Shown here: one piece after another, positions 53,897-63,931 of the stretch
How positions within the stretch are numbered: position 1 is the first letter of the stretch
Layout of the letters: the number at the start of each line of letters is the position of its first letter
Assembly: GCF_032062105.1 (NCBI RefSeq)
Contig: NW_026941528.1
Span: 1-64,000 of the forward strand
Length of the DNA stretch: 64,000 nt
Reading direction: 5' to 3'
DNA from: Saccostrea cucullata
Taxonomy: Eukaryota
Notes under the pieces: model-generated
What the model was told of the DNA's origin: nothing
Databases searched by the model: none
What the model saw: only the letters and a program-made list of their open reading frames with translations
Made by a program: the position numbers and the translations under genes

Positions 53897-56800
53897 CGAC
53901 GTAAATATTTCTTACTAACCTTAAAATGCCAACACAGGTATATCAGATTTAAACATGTTCAACCCTTAGCTTATTCATTTGTCAATCTAAATTGATCATC
54001 GACTGGTAAGGGTAGTCGAGCATTAAAGTTTTGCAAGAGTCTTTCTAAGCCGCGAAGGTTAATGAAGAATAAATGTTTGGCATGCTTTTGTTTTGAGGAT
54101 TGATATCCAAAAAAACATTTTAAATAAAGAATTTTCAGTCTCTTTAATTTGAGAAATCATTTAATCAATCAAACAGAGTATTGAATAAATTTTTGAGGGT
54201 TTATATTGCAAAAATATATCTTCAAAAAACAAACTTACAGTTCTGTTAATTTTGTCAATGCACTGATTGAGTTTTCCTCTATTGTGGTAATTCTGTTCTG
54301 ACTTAGAAACCTAAAAGAAATTGCGAAGAGGAATTATCAAATGCAAGTATTTCTCTCTCTAAAAGTTGATAAGAATTTAATAGAATTATCTAAGATTATA
54401 ATAGTCATATAATGTATTCATCATGGTATGTTTAGTTTTATTAAAGATGAGTAGTTGATGAACTGTTGATGAATCTACGTGTCCCTATTTCACGAATTTG
54501 TATCTGCCTTAAGTCGTATAGTATTACAAATACAGCTTTAACTTTATCCCGAGTTAAGTGGAAATTTTGTTCTGATCAATGTCCTAAAATTACTATTATT
54601 TTTAAGTCGATTGAATTCCTAGCAATATAATTAATAAAATAAAAGAAGATGTCATAAATAATCTTAAAGCATCTATGCTCAATATGAAACATGGATATAC
54701 TTAAGGAGGTATTATACATTTTTTGATAAAACAAAATATAATACTATCTAAAAATTAAAACACAAGTGTAAAGACCTTTAGGCTTAATTCCGGGTGTAGC
54801 CTGAATTTATACATCCCTCAATATCAATACCGAATCCCATATTAAATTATTCTTTTAAATCCTCATCGTTCAATGTATATACTTGAGGAAACTTAAAGTT
54901 CACTAAACCCCTTATATAATAACATGAACAAGGTCGAAAATTTTATTATCTTTCAACTCATTATGTATACACATATTTTGTATTATATATAATACTTATA
55001 CTTTTCTTTTATTTTTACTGATATCATTGCTATAAGTTCTTTCAACTTACACAAATATTGCTTTTAAAAAAAATTAGCAAAGCAAAATTTATAACATTAA
55101 CAATTTAGTAATGACGATATGTAAAAATAAATATTTTTTTTAATATCGATATAAATATATGAAAATTTCTAATAAATATCGGTATTGAATTAACTTTGCG
55201 GAGATAGGAATTGGAATGATTTTTCACTATACTCGGGATTCAGTAGATGCTCCTCTACCATGTATTTTCTATTGTATACGATTAAAGGCTGAAAAAGGAT
55301 TGAGAAACATGAGCAGATGAAATACCGGTATATTGAGATAACGAACAGTATCCAAGCACATTAGGCAATAAATGTATGCTTTTATAGTTTATGCTTGGTA
55401 CAATTACGTATAAAAAAATAGTCCACATGTGTTGAGACCTTGACGCTTCTGTGGTTACATGCATGAGTCCAGTGTTATTCTTATTGGAACAACATTAATG
55501 TGAAAAAAAAAACAGAACATTATTTTTTATATCGCCCGAACGAAGTCGCGGACGACATATTGTACATGGACGCATGTTTCGGTTCTCCATGCTGTTTCTC
55601 GAAGATGGTTGAAACTTTCACCAAAGGACAATCACTGGTTGTAGTTGTGTTGTGTTGTGTGGTCATTCAGTTTCAAAAAGGATACCGTTGTCATAAAAAC
55701 TTGTCAAAAGCGACGAATTTTGGACGTTCGTCATGAAACTTTATTTATTTAATTAATAGTATCTGTAATTGTGCTCATTGCATTTCAAAAATTCAAGTTG
55801 TCAATAGGTGCTATGGAAACAGGGGGGAAAGTGAAAATTCTTTAACTTTGATTTTTAAATCAAAGTACCGAAAGGACTGGTGCGAGTTAATAGTTGCAAC
55901 CTTAGCAAATAGATATTGTTTTAGTGATGAAAAATGAACGTCTTGTCCAGTTCGGGGCGATAAACGCTATTGCTTGTAATAACAGACTTGCTAGTTGTTC
56001 TTGATATTGTTAATTAAAACAAAATTAGAATATTTTTTGATGGATTGCTATACTCCAAATATATTCATAATCAGGAACTCGTAGAAATAAAACTTACAAT
56101 ATCGTTACGCTCGTCAAGCCAGTAAAACTGCTGTTCCTAATTGTAGTAAAATTGTTCTTGGACAAAATCCTAAAAATTAAAATATTGAATAGTTAATGTC
56201 AAAAGCAATTTTTATGCAAAATAGGTGTTTCTCCATTATTTACGAAAATACAAATATGAGACAAGTATCACATGAATGATTGCTTTTTAGTTGTACAATA
56301 TGGAAAGATGATCGAGTTCACATGGAATAAAGTGAGCTGGAACAATTAACGCCATATATACTGCAAAAACGTTAACAAAGAATAAATACATGTTTTATTG
56401 TTTGGACTGTTGATATCCCCAGGAATATCTTAATAACAAACTTACAGTCCCTCAAATTCTGTGCAATCGAATCCATAAATTGGATTTGAACGTTTGTAGG
56501 TCTATTATTTAAAAAATATTTTTTAAATAGTTATCAATATTTAATTATAACTAGTAATTACTAATGGTAAAATTGATTTTCTTATTAATTCCAACAATAT
56601 ACTATGAAATGTACGAATTTACGAATTTAAAGGTTAATAAAAAGAATGAAGAAATTTGTCCCTGATATTTAAGTATTTGTCCCTGATATTTAAGTATTTC
56701 TGAGTCCTGTTTATTTCTTTAAAGATAAACTCAAAATCATTTTAATTTTTTTTAGGAAGTCTATCATTGTTTTAGAATTCATACTCTAAAATGCCAAAAA

Positions 56801-57397
56801 ATAAATCATATTAGCAGACGAGTAGGGAATTATTTAAAAGTAATAGTTCATCGTATTTTCTTAACGATATTAAAGATAAACGATATAAAATAAAAAATGT
56901 TTTGGAAGACAAACAAAAGATCTACAAATTTTTGTAAAGTTTCATATATTGATTTCTCAGAATCCCAGTCAGGTTGAAAAGAACTAAAACATTTTTTATC
57001 AATGGATTAAATACAATATATCAATAATTTAGAAGAAAAACATGTTTTTTTTTATTATATCTTAAATTTTACATGCAAGGTTGTTTCAAAATAAAAGCTT
57101 ATATTTTCGAAACCAAAATCTTACTTAATTAATAAAAAAGTTAATTACGGATGTAATTCTGCATTAGCCTCTTTTATGATTTACATCAAATTAGAGATAT
57201 TCTTTCTACCTGATTACTTACAATTTACAAGTGTCGTTGGGTAGGGTAGAAGGTACCTCTGTTAGTTCTTTACGTGCGCAGTTAGCTTGTTGGCCAGAGC
57301 ACCCAATCGCCTGTTGACAGGTGCAAGGGCTACAGGCATCAATCATTGTTTTAGATAACATAGCACAGAAAATGAAAAACCACAGTGTCGAATTCAT
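31488..57397 (-). CDS. Secreted/GPI-type LRR protein gene (SP-LRRNT-7xLRR-LRRCT-Thr stalk-hydrophobic tail; VLR-like domain order), ~334 aa
   Basis: Exons 57397-57222, 56169-56098, 54310-54239, 53732-53661, 45701-45630, 43679-43608, 40736-40665, 35878-35807, 31812-31488 are all GT-AG and phase 2; they sum to 1005 nt open. More exons could lie in the two N gaps. Confidence 0.85.
33999..34304. mobile_element. Nested small TIR element
   Basis: GGGGACGACCATTT ... AAATGGCTATCCCC. Confidence 0.45.
34473..34631. mobile_element. Nested hAT-like MITE
   Basis: CATAGGCGTCG ... CGACGCCTTTG with G/C-run subterminal tracts. Confidence 0.5.
35615..35806 (-). repeat. Three tandem partial copies of the adjacent LRR exon, two retaining donor-like sites
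   Basis: Units start AGGAT(A/T)A(C/A)TA; two of the three end ...GG(G)TTGACAAAT...GT(A/T)AGTAT. Confidence 0.75.
35807..35878 (-). CDS. LRR exon (72 bp)
   Basis: ALYGNRITTFTNTTISGLISQPVL; cag/gtaagt. Confidence 0.7.
36301..36583. other. Assembly gap
   Basis: Run of N. Confidence 1.
36584..37140. repeat. Short tandem motifs (CCAAAGTCCGATG; CTGATAATTA), probably TE subterminal repeats
   Basis: 3-4 copies of the first motif and about 10 of the second, next to the gap. Confidence 0.55.
39652..39803. other. Assembly gap
   Basis: Run of N. Confidence 1.
40665..40736 (-). CDS. LRR exon (72 bp)
   Basis: DLSGNTITTIEENAFSDLTKLKIL; cag/gtaagt. Confidence 0.9.
40941..41730. mobile_element. Fold-back element with terminal palindrome (Crypton-like non-autonomous?)
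   Basis: Palindrome ~41543-41730 (ATGGTGAAATAAGGACC...GGCC-ACTTCGC-GGCC...GGTCCTTATTTCACCAT); GATTGG motif at the other end. Confidence 0.55.
41972..42045 (-). pseudogene. Dead LRR exon
   Basis: YMNKLIAIMENTFTGLTS* with in-frame stop and no intact splice sites. Confidence 0.65.
42800..43160 (-). mobile_element. Penelope-like 3' fragment
   Basis: Reverse complement has GGTCAGCAGGGGATGCTCAGTCCTCCATGGCACCTGATCC and the RT end. Confidence 0.75.
43608..43679 (-). CDS. LRR exon (72 bp)
   Basis: YLNQNRMTTIKSSIFTGLTKLTDL; cag/gtaagc. Confidence 0.9.
45630..45701 (-). CDS. LRR exon (72 bp)
   Basis: VLHQNRITTIEDNAMSALTNLERL; cag/gtaagt. Confidence 0.9.
46016..46277 (+). repeat. Split direct repeat A1
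   Basis: Identical by eye to 51086-51347. Confidence 0.95.
46430..47020 (+). CDS. SGNH/GDSL-type hydrolase carried by the retrotransposon (intact; frame open from 46364)
   Basis: Blocks ILIAGSSHV (catalytic Ser), GISGG, ILHIGGNDV, DGVHFN. Confidence 0.88.
   Translation: MVSILIAGSSHVNRLQSYIREHCEYANFNLSATAINYFGISGGKLSCSAHINMLERKIADLRPGVLILHIGGNDVDNVTADESFVRELSLRLLCIAETFTSRYNIAHVKICQLMPRFRTRLLDTTSYNELVIKFNRELKCLLVQKTSVQYWKLKNIKHSKFPIFCDGVHFNEEQGMIIYYRNLRGAILHSLKAIQK
47095..47335 (+). other. Cluster of short hairpins with shared AYATG loop
   Basis: GATGC-ACATG-GCATC x2, TAGTG-ATCTGT-CACTA, ACTGTG-ATATGT-CACAGT, GCG-ATATGT-CGC, AGCTGTA-ATATG-TACAGCT, ATTCAAG-ATACATGTA-CTTGAAT. Confidence 0.7.
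47375..47647 (+). pseudogene. gag: Gag C-terminal Cys/His zinc-finger remnant (most of gag missing)
   Basis: CFNFN...CKFSHSCQLCEGEHSRKVC pattern typical of DIRS-group Gag ends; overlaps the pol start in another frame. Confidence 0.7.
47400..49223 (+). pseudogene. pol: Reverse transcriptase - RNase H (pol), one frame with two premature stops (48552-54, 48861-63)
   Basis: SPLGLVPKK, FRVIHHLS, KTDIENAF, LPMGL, HVLDDF, ITFLGL; RNase H LYTDAS, ITVRELLPI, SDN, HVPGVLNVAADKLSR. Confidence 0.92.
49244..50152 (+). pseudogene. Tyrosine recombinase (phage integrase family), one premature stop at 50075-77
   Basis: AFHAFLRVGE, SFKHS, LCPV, THSFRIGAAT; past the stop, KIKQMGRWHSDAYKKYIR supplies the catalytic W and Y. 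Confidence 0.92.
50171..50561 (+). repeat. Array of five 30-nt hairpin repeats separated by 40-114-nt spacers (retrotransposon 3' UTR)
   Basis: Copies start at 50171, 50315, 50385, 50462, 50532; consensus TAAGTCA-Y-GGGG-ACANGGG-CCTC-TGACTTA. Confidence 0.9.
50861..51089 (+). repeat. Split direct repeat B1
   Basis: Matches 51494-51722 with about 4 substitutions; abuts A2. Confidence 0.95.
51086..51347 (+). repeat. Split direct repeat A2
   Basis: Copy of A1. Confidence 0.95.
51494..51722 (+). repeat. Split direct repeat B2 (element right end)
   Basis: Copy of B1 running into (AT)n. Confidence 0.95.
51820..52905. mobile_element. Non-autonomous Tc1/mariner-type transposon
   Basis: 28-bp TIR GAGGGCCGTTC..AAATTACGCGGACTA; TA duplication confirmed by the empty site in the paralogous intron (~53965-53983). 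Confidence 0.88.
53147..53186 (-). pseudogene. Half-deleted LRR exon
   Basis: YLNQNRITTKEDN, then a deletion removes the 3' half and donor relative to paralog 54310-54239. Confidence 0.8.
53661..53732 (-). CDS. LRR exon (72 bp)
   Basis: YLIGNRITTIEDYMFSGLTNLKYL; cag/gtaagt. Confidence 0.9.
53810..53895. repeat. Compound (CT)n(AT)n microsatellite
   Basis: Direct observation. Confidence 0.98.
54239..54310 (-). CDS. LRR exon (72 bp)
   Basis: FLSQNRITTIEENSISALTKLTEL; tag/gtaagt. Confidence 0.9.
55523..55996 (+). mobile_element. Helentron-associated non-autonomous element (HINE/DINE-1-like)
   Basis: T-run start, subterminal inverted repeats ATCGCCCGAAC / GTTCGGGGCGAT, 3' end CTAGTT. Confidence 0.6.
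56098..56169 (-). CDS. LRR exon (72 bp)
   Basis: ILSKNNFTTIRNSSFTGLTSVTIL; tag/gtaagt. Confidence 0.88.
57222..57397 (-). CDS. LRR gene first coding exon: signal peptide + LRRNT
   Basis: MNSTLWFFIFCAMLSKTMIDA-CSPCTCQQAIGCSGQQANCARKELTEVPSTLPNDTCKL; gtaagt donor, phase 2. Confidence 0.9.
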
Positions 57398-58039
57398 CTT
57401 TAAAATTGGTATGCTGTGTAAACTCTGCCGTACTCAGAATAACAATTTCGAAATTTTCTCAAGGATGTTTTTATCATGTACATACTTCTGAACACGGATA
57501 TACTATACAGTCACGGATACGGATTTTCCTTTATTTACATAATTTTTTCTATCGTTAAGAAATGATCATGATCTTAATACATATTTTGTAGTTCTATGAT
57601 CACCATAACCAATCTAATCATTTACAAGAGACCAAATATAGACTACACTGTACATTTGTTTTCTTACTGACAATCATTGGATTTTTTTAGGACACAATTA
57701 TCTAATAGTACAGTGCTAACCTAATTAACCACATGATCTGTGAGACCCCTGGTCGATGTTTTTTCTTTTCCTAATCCGAATTTCCTCTATTCCTCTGTAC
57801 GTGGTTCATACGTGAGAAATATACAATTTTAATAGCTCAAATCTTCTCAGTCACATGAATAGTAAGTGCCTTTACGTATTTCAGGCACATTGCAGTTAAA
57901 ACTTATAACCTAGAAATTCTTTAAAATTTATGTGTCCATGTCACTCCATCAATTAAAGGAGAAAATATATACATGTTTATATAAAGGAGGCTGCGTACGT
58001 GTATATAACCATGTCAAAAAGGATAGTAAAAGTGTCAAA

Positions 58040-60104
58040 TGAATTCAATCAATTTTATTTCCTTTGATTAAGTATTTATACATGTATTTTAATTGTATTT
58101 ACTTTCATCCCAATGTCTACAAAAGATTAAAAAAAGAATACATACAGCAACGACTGTAAATGTTGGCTATTAAATTTGGTTGTGGGCACCTAAACTTGAA
58201 ATGTTAGGAGCCCTCATGACTATTGGAAATTTCAGTTAAGTTGAAACCCTGAACAGTGGTCCAACATTGGACCAATGTAAGCTTGCTATCTCGGCTGACA
58301 ATATTCATTTCAATTGTTTATCCACCAATTAAGGCAGGGTTCTTCTCTGTTTCTGACTAGATGAAACATTCAAAGTATATATTCTTATATGCTTTATATA
58401 TATATAGGTGTAAGGGATTTAAAAGATCATAATTTTCCTTTCTCATCACAATTGTACAACTTGAAATGGAAATAGTAAACTGCATTTGAAAACTAGCAGG
58501 GACTTTATTTTTGGCAAAATTGTGGCGTATGAAAATATCCTCTTTTCTGCCTCTCAAAATTATAATAGAACAATGAATTTAGTTATACTTTCTACACAAT
58601 CAAAATCTTGAAGAAATTTTCAAATGTAAGTTAAATTAAGTATAGGGAACTAAACTTTCGAAATATATCAAATAAATATGATTTTTCAAACAAACTAGCA
58701 ATACATTAGCTTTTTAACGCTTCCAAAGTACAGATTTGAGTCAAAAATCCGTAAAAAGTGTTTTTCTGTTAATAAACGATCGATCAATTTTTTTTCTTTG
58801 TATCATTTGGTAGGTACATTTATCAGACTACTTAATTATATGTGGAAATAATAAAAAGTTAAATATAGGAAGCTAATGAAAATAACTATTATATCCTAAA
58901 AAAATCGAGAAAAACAAAAAAAAAAACAATCGGATAAGCCAATATCCAGTTTAGTTAAATTATTTTTGTAAATTTGGCAATATCATGTTATAGACCCGTT
59001 TAGTAATATCTATTTATGCAAAAAGAACAATATTTAAACCTTTGAAATACAAGCAGGCATCACATGATTGGCAAAAGTATTTTTTTATTCTTAATGTCAA
59101 GATAAACGATAATGAGCTTGACCTGATCTTGCCTCTGTTATAAAACGGTCAAATTTAATCTCACTGACACTATCACTTACTGATAGTGTCTTCTTGATTT
59201 TTTGAAAATTTCATTAATTTTTAAATATTAGAAATGTGAGAGGAATTCTACCTTAAGGGCCCTCGTGGGGCAAAAACTTCGTTTAACTTTTGTTGTTATT
59301 CTCTATTGCACGTTGCGTTGGCTTTTGTGTACAAAGCGATGCATTGTGGGCCCAATTTTACTGCAAAAACAAATTTATCGAATAAATGTTCAGTTGTCTG
59401 AATTTTCTCTTCGCCCAGTTGATGTCGTTAGAACTCGCTGCGCTCGATTTAAAAATAAAAAAGGAGGCTACACATTGAAAGCTAGGAATTCAGTTTCAAT
59501 AGGAATCAAGTCTAATATCATATACATGTAATGTAGCTTGTATAAACAATATTACCAAGTTTTTCCAACAAGTATTTAGAGAATAGGAAATACAACGTTA
59601 TTCAAAAAACATTTCTAATGAAGGACAATGCTACTTATTAGAAGTTAGGTTGAATGTCATTCATAAGATACACTCTACTTGAAATTAACAATACATTAAC
59701 CAACATACACTTGAAACACTTCACCTCGTATATTGTAAGTGCAGACATAAGTCAAATTGTTCCCTGTACTCTTCGGAAGACACACTTCTTGTTAACGTCT
59801 ATTGCAAATTCAACATAATTATGCTCTAAAGTTGTAGAGTCATTCATATACTTTTCAGTTTTAAATCCTCTTTTGGATTTAAAAAAAAACAAAATAAATT
59901 CCCATTAATCCCCTATGTCAGACTCACTTTTATACACCATAATACACCCATAATAAGCTCTTAAGTGGATGAATAAATTTATATGCTGGTGATCTAGAAT
60001 ACTGTTCTTTTAAATTCTCCATCAAAAATTAAAGATACGCAGGTAGGATATTTGTTGCCTCCTATAGAAAACTAAAATGCTCTCTAGGCCTTAATTTCTC
60101 TTAA
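58040..60104. repeat. Duplicated segment, paralogous to 24575-25455, with later insertions
   Basis: Collinear similarity on both sides of the 58333-59252 insertion. Confidence 0.85.
58333..59252. mobile_element. Kolobok-like non-autonomous transposon
   Basis: TTAA duplicated; TIR GGCAGGGTTCTTCTC / GAGAGGAATTCTACC; empty site CAATTAAGGGCCC in the paralog near 24868. Confidence 0.85.
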
Positions 60105-60389
60105 AGGCAGAGATTTTAAGATCTGCCTTCAAAAATACTTGGTCTGGGTAGCCTTGCAATCAAGTGCGTGAAGGTCCATCCTTGGATTTTTTAACTTGAC
60201 TGACCTTTACTTACAGGTCCCTGTGTATATCCTGTCCACCTTGTTTGGGACTCGTGGTAACCTTCTAATTAACGTTTGATTCTTTGATGTTTATTGAGCA
60301 TGGTGTACAGAAACTGTATTACTATGAAAATGTTTAGACTGATAACTTGAATAAAATATATCTGTAGTATTTGAACACATTATAATATA

Positions 60390-61065
60390 CTGTGGAATCA
60401 TCATTGTTCGTGGGGGACCAATGTTCGTGGCTTTCGTGGGTAACCCTGACCCACGAATTTACATCCCCACGAACGTATATACAAACTTATGTTTTTATTA
60501 TTTGTAAAAACTGATATCGTAAATAACAGTTACCCTTGTGTCCGTGTGATCGCACACAAAGAAGACAATCTGTATGGGGTTATTGACACAAAACCAAAAT
60601 AAAAAAAAACAAAAAAAGCATTTAGTATCAAAGACATCGTTAACTATATACAATAAGTAATAGAATGATGAATACAAATGTAAAATTTAAGTAGTGTTTA
60701 CATTATAGTCCAACACGCTCAAATGCCCCTTTTGATGAGGTCAATTTTCAGTGCGATTTTGAAGTGGGTGTTAATTAGCCAATTAGCATGAATTGGTTTA
60801 GAGACTTCAAAACATGTTCAGTGTACCACTGGTGTTCTTAATTATCATAATATACTGTGACATCACGTCTGTAATTTGTCGGTGCAAGCCGCCAGTATGT
60901 TTTTGTAACTTAAATAACCAACATTGACGGGTTTACCCTTTGTTTTAACTTTGGAGGAAAAAAAACGAAATAGAACTTGTTACCAACGAAATTACGTCCC
61001 CACGAACCAGGAAATTTTTGGCTACCCACGAACATTGACCCCCACGAACAAAAATGATTCCACAG
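60390..61065. mobile_element. Tc1/mariner-type non-autonomous element
   Basis: TA|CTGTGGAATCAT..TTGTTCGTGGGGG ... CCCCCACGAACAAAAATGATTCCACAG|TA. Confidence 0.88.
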
Positions 61066-62018
61066 TAATATGCATTTTTTTAATTAAATAATCTTTGGTA
61101 CATGCACTTTTATTTCCAAATGAAATCTCGATATTAATTTAAAAATGCTAATGGTAAACCTAAAATGGCATTGTTATTGATAAAGTTCAGAGCAGCACTA
61201 TGTGAAGTAATTTAAACAGTTAAAAATAATGTTTCTAATAATGGGTCACTAATATTTTTTTTATTCAGATATTTTAAGAATTTAACAGCATTTTTTAGCA
61301 TGTTTCATGGTAACAACACCTTAAGTAGGTTAGGATAGAAATAGATGTATATATACCGGTAGTTACATGTAACACGGTTCTAGATCTTTTTTTCATTCAA
61401 TTAATAGATGGGATCCTGAGGATTAATGAATTAGATTTAATTTGGTTGTAACAGAATTTTTTTTTAACTATCATTAGCACATACAATAATATCTAAATCA
61501 ATCTTTGTTTTTATATATATTTGAATTTATAGTATTTATATTATGATATCCTAATAATTTTTCAAATGGGTAGTGGTGATTTCAAACAGTCAAAAATAAT
61601 TTTAAAAAAAAATCGATATGAAAATTATTGAAAATCCTTTTTACTACTTATTCTAAAATTGTCTCAAAATGCTCAACACAGGTGAAGTTTGACATCTTGG
61701 TATTATACTGTGTATTAAATCACTTCCTGTGTATAGGAATTAGGAGACAGATGACCACAGGTAGAAACATGTAGCTACATGTATCCCCCAAGGCATTCAC
61801 CCCTGTATAACATAATCCCTCCTTCACCTGGAATTTACCAGCCGGTAAAAAAACTCCGCCTTTAACTGCTGATGCATTGCATCACAATGACTACAAATCA
61901 TGGCATAACTGAGCTATAAGTGCAAGAAGTGTGTTATAAACGATATGTCTTTATACGGAAATAGAATACAGTATATTTCAAACAAGAAGGATATGGATAT
62001 AACAAGCAGTATTCAATA

Positions 62019-63929
62019 CAGTACCGACCAGACCCAACCTGACACAAAGTAGTCCCAGAGCAGTCCCGGGGACTGCTTTCTGGGACTGCTAAAGCAGTCC
62101 CACAGCGGTCCCGCAGCAGTCCCACAGCGGTCCCAGCAGTTCCAGCGGTCCCAGAGAGCAGTCCCAGCAGTCCCAGTGGGCGGGGTTTATTAATATAATG
62201 GGCGGAGCTAACTCAGAAATGAGAATTCCAATAAACAATGGAACTATAAAAGGTAGTAGAAATTGATTCTGGGTAGTATGCCAGAAATCCTTATATGTAC
62301 ACGAAGGTCATTTATGAACAGAACATGTACGCACATAAAAATTAAAATAATTATTAATAATATTTATTGGAGGAAGAAGGCTTTCACACTTATATATACA
62401 TATGTGAATTACACTGAACATGAATATTTAATCACAATTTTTGGATATAGTAATAAATAAATTCTTTTGTGATTGATATTGGTTCTCATGTTTATTTTTT
62501 ATACAGAAAATTAAAAGTGAATTAAATATTTTCCACCAGAAGAAGCTTTAAATAGATCTTATCATTTTATGGCCAATTTAGACTATTGGGATACTCTAAC
62601 GTTAGAGTTTTCTTAGGTATTGGGGCTTTAAAAAATCTTTGTTAATTTATTATTTTTCAGTCATGATTATTTTTACTGCCATGTCAATTTAATTATTGTT
62701 AATGCCTAGTTCTATAAAACTCAGTTTTAAGTGTTTACAATTGCATTCTTAAATGTTAGAGTGTACATCTGTAAATCACCAGAATGGAAGCTTCAGATTA
62801 TGTTCAAAATTAATTAATCCCGAAAGAAATTTATGCATTTTTATTTATCACATTTTTTCGCATTAAATAAATTGAAATTAGGGTCATTGTTTACCAGCAT
62901 GTTCAATGATGTGTAACACTGATACAAATACCCAAATAACATGTACTGATTTTTCTGCCCAAAGTCGATTGAAACAATGGGTGTTGATACCATCTTATAA
63001 ACATTAATCGGCCAGGTAAACACTAGCAAAAACAAAAAAGAAATAAAACACATTTCCCGGTATTTTCATTCTTAAAAAAATAAATATACATGTATTCTTT
63101 TAATAACTTGTTTATTAATTAAAAGCTACCGGTAATTCATTAATTCCCCAATGATTATTCACATAGTTTATGTTACGGGAGAATAGTAGCATAATTTTAT
63201 TTCATGGTCATTTAATAAATTGTTGGGTTTTAATTGAGAGCTACATGGAATACTCTTTTTTAGCGTCGTCCTTATAAAATATGTAGCATTTTAATAAAAA
63301 AAATCTTATATCTAACTGTAATGATTATTTTTAAATAGTACCAATGCAAAGTTTGAGTACATGTTATAATTTAACATTTAATAATTAAGAAAGGCCCACA
63401 TGAAGCTATTTTTTCTCATAAACTTGTAGTTTATTTTTAGGGATAAAAATTTTCTCACGAATTCCTTATTTATCAACTTTATTATTTTAAAATTTATTCT
63501 AAATACACATTAATTCGTGTAAATAAACAGTCCCTGAAAATATCAATTAACTATAATAATCTCTACTTATTAAAAGAATGTTAGAAATCCTTGCTTATTA
63601 AACAGTTTAAACTCCTCTCTGCTGCAAGTAAACAATACAACAGGGAGCCTGTAAATTCAGAATACACAAGGGGGCGGAACTATCATGTCACTCAGAACCT
63701 TTTTCACACATGAGTGAACAAAGCAGTCCCAGAAAGCAGTCCCAGGGGCAGCTGGGACTGCTTTTTATAGCAGTCCCAGAGCAGTCCCATAGCGGTCCCA
63801 GAGCAGTCCCATAGCGGTCCCAGAGCAGTCCCACAGCCGTCCCAGAGCAGTCCCACAGCGGTTCCAAAGCAGTTCCGGGGACTGCTTTCTGGGACTGCTT
63901 TGGTGTCAGGTTGGGTCTGGTCGGTACTG
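62019..63929. mobile_element. pogo/Tigger-like non-autonomous transposon with GCAGTCCCANA subterminal minisatellites
   Basis: TA|CAGTACCGACCAGACCCAACCTGACAC ... GTGTCAGGTTGGGTCTGGTCGGTACTG|TA; splits a Penelope-like 3' end. Confidence 0.88.
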
Positions 63930-63931
63930 TA

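Noticed and set aside
56446-56517. Eighth intact LRR exon
   Set aside because: Good donor but no acceptor at 72 bp and stops in the required frame; at most a remnant
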